Below are positions 1-7,133 of a stretch of DNA of 14,136 nucleotides, piece after piece (the stretch's first letter is position 1; every line of letters starts with the position of its first letter). The DNA is taken from contig CAZUFC010000179.1 of assembly GCA_964619725.1 (NCBI GenBank), forward strand, positions 1 to 14,136, given 5' to 3'. The stretch is from an uncultured bacterium. GTDB lineage: Bacteria > CSSED10-310 > CAZUFC01. The notes under the pieces are model-generated. The model worked only from the letters and a program-made list of their open reading frames with translations. It did not search any database and had not been told where the DNA came from. A program made the position numbers and the translations under genes.

Positions 1-194
1 CACCCACAATGACCCCGACGCCGACAAATACCCTGTCGCCAACCATGACGCCCACATCGCCTACGCCCACAATCACCCCTACGCCGACTACACCGCCCAT
101 CCCTTCCATGAATACCGCAGGCTTGCTCTTCCTCATCTCCCTCCTGGGCTTCATCATTATGACTAAACTCTACAACGTAAAAACCAGGAGGTGA
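1..194 (+). CDS. 3' end of a surface protein with Pro/Thr-rich linker and IPTL-CTERM-like C-terminal sorting signal (5'-partial)
   Basis: Frame is open from the window edge (CCC ACA ATG...). (TP)n-rich tract, then IPSMNTAG, hydrophobic LLFLISLLGFIIM and basic tail KTRR; TGA at 192-194. Confidence 0.8.
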   Translation, partial: PTMTPTPTNTLSPTMTPTSPTPTITPTPTTPPIPSMNTAGLLFLISLLGFIIMTKLYNVKTRR

Positions 195-349
195 AATACA
201 ACATGTTGAATTGATGGAAATACGCATCAGCGCATGTCCTTGTATGAAAAATCTTAATCTTTTCTGATTGCACGGCTCGCAACCAATTTCGATTAAATAA
301 ACGCTCTTCTGCTGGATTTTGGGACGACTAAAAATTGTGCAGTTTTTAG

Positions 350-390
350 CCCCCCCTTAATCCCCCGCGAGCGGGGGGACTTGTTTTTCC
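350..390. repeat. GC-rich hairpin, REP-like element or intrinsic terminator
   Basis: CCCCCCCTTAATCCCCCGCGAGCGGGGGGAC: stem CCCCCG/CGGGGG (362-377) followed by T-rich TTGTTTTT. Confidence 0.45.
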
Positions 391-794
391 TTGAAATTTT
401 TTGATCGATTGCTGGATTTTCGTAAAACATTTCACAATTTTATATCAGTCAATGTCAGAAGATGTGAACTTTCGTCCCGGTTTGTAAATTTTTTCTTAAA
501 TTTTTTTATTCTATTGATTAATGGCTACGGGACAATTCTACCGGAGTCCTCTCGATCGAATATGAATTTTTCAAGCCGATCATATTCTCGAAACACTTTC
601 GAGTCCGAAATAACTGGTTTCGGTCAATTGATACCCATTTCGGATTTTATATGTTTTTTGTTATACTTGAAAAAGAAGTCAATGTCCCGCATGCCAGTTG
701 GGGAGAGATTTTAGGGAGCGATGAATTGAGATGGGGACAATACAATGGAACGTCATGGAGTGTAGAAACTATTACCTGCATGGGAGGATCGGAA

Positions 795-2945
795 ATGAAG
801 AAGACAAACACCCAAAGCATTTCCCTGTTGATACTGATACTGTCGGTCATCCAGCTTGTACCGGGTACTGCTGTGCCAGCCACCGATGTTTTCCCTGATC
901 TGCTTATGCTGAGCGAAGGCTTGCTGGCCAGCAATGTGGCGGTGGTGGAGGTTGGGCGGCCCACATACTCCACTCCAGAGGGATTTGTTCTTGTCCCAGC
1001 CGGTAGATTCACGATGGGCTCACCCGAGGATGAAATGTGCCGGTACAATGGCGCCGAACCCCAGCACCAGGTAACCCTGACACGGAGCTTCTACATGAAG
1101 CAGACTGAAGTGACCCAGGCCGAATGGATGGCGATATTTGGGACTAACCCGTCGAATTTTACGGGCGATCCGCAACGTCCGGTTGAGTGTGTGACCTGGT
1201 TCGATTGTGTGATATTCTGCAACCGGGTTTCGGTTGCGCAGGATTTGAAGCCGGCTTACTACTTGGATTCAGACCTTGCGATCATGTTCGACGGGACACC
1301 TCCAGTAACAAGCGGGACGGTGTACTGGGATCATACAGCGGAGGGGTATCGCCTGCCGACCGAGGCGGAGTGGGAGTATGCCTGCCGGGCCGGGACTATG
1401 ACGGCCTACAACAGCGGAACACAAAATACGTCCTGCACTGATGATCCTAACCTGGATCCACTGGCCTGGTACTTCAATACTGCATCGAGGAAGACTCACC
1501 CGGTGGGTCAGAAGCAGGGAAACGCCTGGAACCTGTTCGACATGCATGGTAACGTCGCTGAGTGGTGCTGGGACTGGTTCAATCACTCGTATCCTTCGTA
1601 CCCTGTCACCGATCCCACCGGTTGGGCGGATCCAGGCCTCAAAGCATACCGCGGTGGCGACTGGGGCGACGCTGCCCTCTATTGCCGTTCAGCACGTCGA
1701 GATGGAGATATTCCATTCCTCCACGGCAACTGCCTTGGCTTCCGACCTGTTAGGTTTGCGCCGGATCAGGATGCTGATGTCCTGCTCGATCTACGCATGC
1801 CAGGTTCAATTTACGGCCCAGGAGACGTGTTCTGGCTGACGCTCGACATCGAGAACAACGGTCCGAGCCTCCCCGAGGCTCAACTCTATCTCTTGCTGGA
1901 TATCGGCACCGGGGACTACTGGTGCTACCCGAACTGGGAGCAGTATCCACCTGACTTGGATTGGGTGGACATAAACCTCCCTGTTGAATTCGCCGGGACC
2001 TTGCAGGTGATCCCGGAATTCACATGGCCGCCTGCCGGTGAGTTCTGGGGTGCACGGTTCTGGGTAGCGGTGCTGGATGAAGATGTCCTGGTCAGCAATG
2101 TGGAGATGGTCGAGTTTGGGTGGTGGATGGGCTCGGTACCTGAGGGATTCGTTCTTGTGCCCGATGGCTCATTCACTATGGGTTCGCCCGACGTTGAGTT
2201 ATGCCAAGATTTCGACGAAAACCAATACCAGGTAACCCTGACGCGAAGCTTTTTTATACAAAAAACTGAGGTGACGCAGGAGCAGTGGATGGCGGTTTTC
2301 GGGACGAATCCCTCCCGCCATGCCGGATGTGACCAATGCCCGGTGGAATTGGTCACCTGGTATGATTGCGTTATTTACTGCAACAGTCTCTCGGTAGCGC
2401 AAGGCTTAAGGCCAGCTTACTACTGTGATAAGTCTTTCACCATCATGTTTGATGGGGTGCCGCGTGTCACAGATGGGCCGGTGTACTGGGATCGAAACGC
2501 AGAGGGGTATCGCCTGCCGACCGAGGCGGAGTGGGAGTATACCTGCCGGGCCGGGACGGAGACAGCGTACAACAGCGGAGCACAGAATACGTCCTGTGCT
2601 AATGATCCCAATCTGGATCCGCTGGCATGGTACTACCACAATTCTAAAGAAGACTTCTTCCCTGAGTCCCACCCTGTTGGTTTGAAGCAAGCGAATGCCT
2701 GGGATATCTACGACATGCACGGCAATGTCTGGGAGTGGTGCTGGGATAATTTCGGTGCGTATCCTTCGTACCCTGTCACAAATCCCACAGGACCCGCGGA
2801 TGAACTCGGCTTGGGATGCCCTGTGATACGTGGCGGAGGGTGGAACTACGAGGCCGCCTGCTGCAGGGCGGCTAATCGTGCAGATCGTGGCCCCAGCGCC
2901 TTCTCTGACGGCTTGGGTTTTCGTCCCGTTAGATTTGCACCATAG
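795..2945 (+). CDS. Secreted protein with two SUMF1/FGE-sulfatase (CLec-fold) domains separated by an unassigned domain
   Basis: GGAGG at 783-787 precedes ATG 795, preferred over the ORF-track start at 651. Signal-like N-terminus MKKTNTQSISLLILILSVIQLV. Two copies (975-1763 and 2139-2942) of FTMGSP...TEVTQ...YRLPTEAEWEY.CRAG...DMHGNV.EWCWD...RGG.W...CR.A.R...LGFRPVR. Confidence 0.92.
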   Translation: MKKTNTQSISLLILILSVIQLVPGTAVPATDVFPDLLMLSEGLLASNVAVVEVGRPTYSTPEGFVLVPAGRFTMGSPEDEMCRYNGAEPQHQVTLTRSFYMKQTEVTQAEWMAIFGTNPSNFTGDPQRPVECVTWFDCVIFCNRVSVAQDLKPAYYLDSDLAIMFDGTPPVTSGTVYWDHTAEGYRLPTEAEWEYACRAGTMTAYNSGTQNTSCTDDPNLDPLAWYFNTASRKTHPVGQKQGNAWNLFDMHGNVAEWCWDWFNHSYPSYPVTDPTGWADPGLKAYRGGDWGDAALYCRSARRDGDIPFLHGNCLGFRPVRFAPDQDADVLLDLRMPGSIYGPGDVFWLTLDIENNGPSLPEAQLYLLLDIGTGDYWCYPNWEQYPPDLDWVDINLPVEFAGTLQVIPEFTWPPAGEFWGARFWVAVLDEDVLVSNVEMVEFGWWMGSVPEGFVLVPDGSFTMGSPDVELCQDFDENQYQVTLTRSFFIQKTEVTQEQWMAVFGTNPSRHAGCDQCPVELVTWYDCVIYCNSLSVAQGLRPAYYCDKSFTIMFDGVPRVTDGPVYWDRNAEGYRLPTEAEWEYTCRAGTETAYNSGAQNTSCANDPNLDPLAWYYHNSKEDFFPESHPVGLKQANAWDIYDMHGNVWEWCWDNFGAYPSYPVTNPTGPADELGLGCPVIRGGGWNYEAACCRAANRADRGPSAFSDGLGFRPVRFAP

Positions 2946-3249
2946 AACCGGTGTGGCCATGGTTCATTTTATGACGTCATTTAATTCTCTTGGTCTGGAA
3001 GTCGGGAGCATAATTTTTCGCACAAAGTGAAAATTTTTTCTAAAAACTTGAAAAAATAAAATCCTTTCTATATTTACACTTACAAGAAAACAACCTTCTC
3101 AAATTAAGTTTTTGCGGAAAAATATCAATAAAATCAATAAGTTACATTTATTCTTTGTAAAGCTTTGTGCTTTAATGGTTTGCGAGGTTATCTGCTTTAA
3201 GGAGGTTTCTGCCGGCACAAGGTAAATTATCGGCAAAAAATAAAAAAGG

Positions 3250-3289
3250 GGAATTCCAGCCCTCAGCATCAAGTTTGGGCTGGAACTCC
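3250..3289. promoter_or_regulatory. Hairpin in the leader of the transposase pseudogene
   Basis: GGAATTCCAGCCC (3250-3262) pairs with GGGCTGGAACTCC (3277-3289), one mismatch in 13. Confidence 0.5.
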
Positions 3290-3325
3290 TTAACATCACC
3301 TGACACCAGGATCATCAAAAGAGCA

Positions 3326-4860
3326 ATGGCTTATCAAGAGCTAAAAATCTAGGGTAAAATCACTGACATTTCAGAAGAAACGGGTTATTCCCGGAAAACA
3401 ATTTATAAGCATATCAATCGAGGAAAGGAAGCTGTTGAAAGAGAATTATGCCCTGATGACGCTCAAACGGGAAAAATATTGAAAGAAATCGTCGTGAATG
3501 AACAGTCGATCGAACGAGCCGTCATAGCTCTTTACACGTCAGGGATTAATTCCATAAGAGCAACCGGCGATTTGCTCAAAACCTTGTATGGTTGACGCGT
3601 ATCATACGGCAAGATTCAACGAATAATTACCGAAGCATCGAAAAAAGCGAGGGAATTCAACGAGTCGGTTGACCTTTCGAATATTACTCATTGCGCATTG
3701 GACGAGATTTTCAGTCAGGACGTTCCGGTTTTGACGGGGATCGGACTTAAAACAGGCTATACGTTTTCATCGACCGCAGCGGGGGGCCGCAGCGGAGATG
3801 ATTGGGAAGCGGAATTATCGGTCAAAAAAAATAAACAAGGCTTTAATCCCTCAGCAGTAGTCAAAGATGGCGACAAAGGACTTGCCGACAGCACGTCGAG
3901 AGTTTTCCCGGAGGCTGAACAAAGAGAAGACATTTTTCATGCCGAACATCGTATGGGTAATCTTTTGAAGTTTTGGAAAGAAGAGCCTTGAAAGTTCTTC
4001 ATAAGGAATGGGCTTTAGCGAAAGCTATGAAAAGATCAGATGCAAATAAACGATCCCTGGGACAACAACTGAGACAAATAAAGAAACGATCCGAGCACCT
4101 GATGAAAATTCATGATGATTTCGAGAAACTGTGCATAGAAGCCTTTGATTGGATGAAATTCATCGACTTTTCCAACGGAAAAATCAGAACAGGAAAGGAA
4201 TGCGCAGAGGGATTGAAGAAAACAGCCGAAAAAATGAAAGACATGAAAATACCGAGGATAACGTCCATAGCGAAATATTTATATAAAAAGGCGGGCTGTC
4301 TCACTTCATGGGTGGATGAATTAGGGGCGGAAATCGAAAAGATCAGATGCGCATGTCGGAAAATAGAAAAGAAAACGAGAAAAAACAAAGGTATATTTCA
4401 TAACATCAAGTCCTTATTGCGAAGAAACGATTCCGAACTTGAATGGAAAGACTTCAATGCTGCTGATTTATGTTGCTGGTTTTTCAGTCTTCGAGAAGCA
4501 TACGAGAAAAGCTGCCATAGTTGGGATAAAAGAAAAATACACGGCGTGCTTATCGGATTATACGCAGCTATAGAAAGTAAAACGGAAAAACATGCATATG
4601 ATTTGATTCAGAAAGCTTCACTCGTTATCAGAAAACGATATTGAGCAGCCGGCATGGTTGAATCCCTCAACAGCCTGCTTCGTCCGTACCTTTACGTCCA
4701 CAAGAGAGTTACTCAGGAATTCCTGGAACTTTTCATGGCCTATAGAAACTTGAAAAAACCGGGATGCGTAAAGGAAAGGGATTTGAGCCCATACGAAAAA
4801 CTGACCGGCCAAAGATTCGAGGACTGGTTGACTCTGATCGGATATCCGAAGGCGCTGTAA
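3326..4860 (+). pseudogene. DDE-type transposase pseudogene, family uncertain
   Basis: One frame from ATG 3326 reads through TAG 3350-3352 and TGA 3593-3595 into ORF 3698..3991, shifts frame near 3970-3975 into ORF 3973..4644, and reads through TGA 4642-4644 into ORF 4654..4860. Motifs: HTH-like GYSRKTIY, VSYGKI, acidic DEIF / KDGDKGL / MVESLNSLLRPYL, DIFHA, SPYEKLTG. True start may lie further upstream; element ends were not resolved. Confidence 0.85.
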
Positions 4861-5057
4861 CGGCAGCTCTTCGATCGGTTAAAGAACTACATATAGCCTC
4901 ATTTTTGCCTTAGACAATATTGGTGCATCTTTGTTACCTCTAAAAGGCCATTTTTGATCAGTGCCAAGAAAACAAGATTAGTTATGCCGTAAAGTCATGG
5001 CATCAAAGGCTGAAAGCACAACTTGTTCAACCTTGCTTCGAGTCTATAACTGATTTT

Positions 5058-5268
5058 TTGTTTGAAGGCCGAATTCCCGCGACAGAAAGACCGGCATTGT
5101 CCGATCAAGCTCAAAATCAGTCTTTTAAGATTGCCGTATTAAAAGAGCGGCTTGATTATCTGCAAGTTATTTTATCGAGAGGATTCAGTGTGGATAAAGC
5201 TGACAGAGAATCTCAAAAAAGAGATTATAGAGGAAGAGGAACAACTTAAAGGGATGCGGAGGGATTAA
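5058..5268 (+). pseudogene. 3' remnant of an unknown, probably cassette-borne gene with a frameshift
   Basis: ...KIAVLKERLDYLQVI then a frame switch at the T-run near 5170-5174 gives YREDSVWIKLTENLKKEIIEEEEQLKGMRRD with TAA at 5266-5268, directly followed by an attC-like left arm. Confidence 0.4.
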
Positions 5269-5294
5269 AGTTAACCAGACACTGCAGCTAATCC
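5269..5294 (+). mobile_element. Degenerate attC left half (R''/L'')
   Basis: AGTTAAC-CAGA-CACT-G-CAGCTA-A-TCC has the same spacing as the left arm of the attC at 6129. No matching right arm was found. Confidence 0.35.
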
Positions 5295-5575
5295 ACGGCA
5301 TTTAGACTATTTCAATCCCTTGACCTTTGGCGGGCAAAATGATGGGAAATTGTTCATGGAAACCTTAATAAGGGTGTTCCTTTTACAAAGTTGAAATATT
5401 CGGCATTTTCAAATAAAATAATTCCTTGGAACGACACTGAGGAGTTCCAATTTTCAACGGGAGGTAATCTCAAAAGGCATTCAAATTCAAAGTAAATTCA
5501 TTTTTAAATTGGTCGACAAGAGGAATTGAGAAAATCATGCCGATCCAGATAGAACCTTGAGGTGGACTTTTATTT

Positions 5576-5899
5576 ATGAGTAATACATTGCAATCGATTA
5601 TCAAGCTCGCGGAAAGAAAAGAAATAAAAATATCGGAACATGGTTACGATGAATTAGCAGAGGATGGGATATTGGTCAAGGATATCATTGCGGGAGTGAA
5701 AAAAGCCATATTGATAAAAGATTATCCGGAATATCCCAAGGGTCCTTGCGTCTTAGTTTTACAGAAAGACCATGATGATCGTCCAATCCATATTGTTTGG
5801 GGCATACCGGCAAATGAATCCTCGCCGGCCGTTGTCGTAACGGCTTACAGACCAGAAAAAGAAAAGTGGACTGAAGATTTCATGAGGAGGAAATCTTGA
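5576..5899 (+). CDS. DUF4258-family protein, putative type II toxin
   Basis: 107 aa with ISEHGYDEL, LIKDYPEYPKGPCVLVL, PIHIVWG, VVVTAYRP..EKW.EDFMRR; GAGGTGG upstream; 4-nt overlap with the next gene. Confidence 0.8.
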   Translation: MSNTLQSIIKLAERKEIKISEHGYDELAEDGILVKDIIAGVKKAILIKDYPEYPKGPCVLVLQKDHDDRPIHIVWGIPANESSPAVVVTAYRPEKEKWTEDFMRRKS

Positions 5900-6111
5900 A
5901 TGGTAAAAATCATAAAAAATTGGTTCGTGAAGGCCAATATGCCGCCGAAGTCGCTGTTGTACTGATTGATTCGGACACGGGATGGGCGCCTTATCTGTCT
6001 TTTGAGGATGCGCAAAAATTGGATGATGTGCGTGAGGCTTTGCGCGAAGGTGATCTTAAAAAAGCAGGTCGGTTGGCAAAGGTTTTCAAATTAACACCCC
6101 TTGCAGTTTGA
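5896..6111 (+). CDS. Small partner protein of the DUF4258 gene, putative antitoxin
   Basis: 71 aa (KKLVREGQYAAEV...GWAPYLSFEDAQKLDDVREALREGDL). TTG start overlaps the upstream TGA; GAGGAGG at 5884-5890. Confidence 0.7.
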   Translation: MNGKNHKKLVREGQYAAEVAVVLIDSDTGWAPYLSFEDAQKLDDVREALREGDLKKAGRLAKVFKLTPLAV

Positions 6112-6128
6112 CTTCCAAGATGGCGCCG

Positions 6129-6216
6129 GCATAACCACCGGATGAACCGGACGGCGAAAACGCTTAACCAAAATCCGGCACGAAACAATCGCCGCCGGTT
6201 ATCCTGGTCGTTAGTA
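6129..6216 (+). mobile_element. attC: Integron attC recombination site
   Basis: R'' GCATAAC (6129-6135) and R' GTTAGTA (6210-6216). Arms TAAC-CACC-GGAT-G-AACCGG-A-CGGCGA and TCGCCG-CCGGTT-ATCC-TGGTC-GTTA pair with two extrahelical bases and a 4/5-nt unpaired spacer. Lies 17 nt after a stop codon. Confidence 0.85.
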
Positions 6217-6237
6217 GAAAGCTGGAGGAAATTAAGC

Positions 6238-6265
6238 CGCGGATTCTCACGGATTGGACACGGAT
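6238..6265 (+). repeat. Short tandem C(A/G)CGGAT repeats, three units, at the GxxExxY 5' end
   Basis: CGCGGAT 6238-6244, CACGGAT 6248-6254, CACGGAT 6259-6265. Confidence 0.6.
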
Positions 6266-6550
6266 ACAATTAAACTGGAACATGAAAAAATAACAGAAGA
6301 TATAATCGGCGCTGCCTTAGAAGTCTATAACAGGCCGGGATATGGTTTCCTTGAAAAAGCATACCGGAGGGCCATACAGGTTGAATTGATACGAAGGGGA
6401 CATTCAGCGGAACTGGAACATCCCGTCAAAGTCAGGTTTAAAGGCGTGATCGTCGGTTATTATCATGCAGATTTATTGGTAGATGGAAAGGTGATCGTTG
6501 AACTCATCCCCGGGGACATCAACCGCATGCCTCCTAAAATCAACCGTTGA
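6254..6550 (+). pseudogene. GxxExxY protein (PD-(D/E)XK-like), C-terminally truncated
   Basis: ITEDIIGAALEVYNRPGYGFLEKAY...ADLLVDGKVIVEL. Family similarity stops at about 6505, before the expected Lys and the QLLNYL-type segment; an unrelated 14-aa tail follows. Confidence 0.8.
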
Positions 6551-6805
6551 TGTAAGGAAATCAAGGCGTCGGCTCAATGAACGCAATATCGCTTCGCTGA
6601 CATACTGATGAATCTTCTGCATCGGCCTGCAGTATCTTTCCCGACGTTTTCCCGGCGCTTTCCAGACATTTTCCCGACCTTCAGAACAAGTGAACTTTAC
6701 ATTGTGAACATCCCATGCCCGGAGACTCTCATATTCCGTCAAATAAGGACTGTCAGGTTTTCGCACTTCAACGCTCATAGCAGGATTGAAAAATGATCTA
6801 TTCAT
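6473..6805 (-). CDS. Hypothetical protein, possibly a 5' gene fragment
   Basis: 110-aa ORF with GAGGAG about 12 nt upstream of the ATG on the minus strand. It runs into the GxxExxY truncation point and has no recognised motif. Confidence 0.3.
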   Translation of the reverse strand: MNRSFFNPAMSVEVRKPDSPYLTEYESLRAWDVHNVKFTCSEGRENVWKAPGKRRERYCRPMQKIHQYVSEAILRSLSRRLDFLTSTVDFRRHAVDVPGDEFNDHLSIYQ

Positions 6806-7133
6806 TATGTAAATGATCTCCTCATAACCTTCAAATTGATTCTTGCAATAAAACTTGCCGCTGCAATGCGACCCTATGGAAAAACTCCAGACAATTGTTA
6901 TGGGTCTTTATTCTCATTCATGCATATGCTTCTTTGATCAGCGCCGACGGAAAACATAGCCATCGACTCAACCCTGTCGTAGGCTTTCGGAAATTCGATT
7001 GCTTTATTTTTTCTCATATTGAAAATTGCATTGAAAACTGTAATATATTAAAAAGGTGCGTATGTGGAGGATTGATGAGCAATCCTGTCATTCGATTTTT
7101 ATAATTGTGTGCATAAGAAAGGAATTTCCAGGA

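Noticed and set aside
310..420. TGCTGGATTTT direct repeat at 310-320 and 410-420 as IS ends or target duplication
   Set aside because: Only 11 bp with no associated transposase; cannot be supported from this window.
391..714. 107-aa plus-strand ORF and the upstream extension (651-794) of the FGE gene
   Set aside because: Low-complexity F/N/S-rich translation from AT-rich DNA; a better RBS and signal peptide start at 795.
1650..2942. One FGE C-terminus serving as DGR template repeat for the other
   Set aside because: Differences are not confined to adenines, neither copy is AAC-rich, and scaffold codons differ synonymously.
2945..2980. GAACC...GGTTC stem and ATGACGTCAT palindrome after the FGE stop as a DGR hairpin or operator
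   Set aside because: The stems are short enough to arise by chance, and there is no template IMH* to compare.
3350..4644. Stop-codon recoding or programmed frameshift in the transposase
   Set aside because: Mixed TAG and TGA stops plus a frameshift occur in one gene, while neighbouring genes use TGA and TAG as normal stops; decay is simpler.
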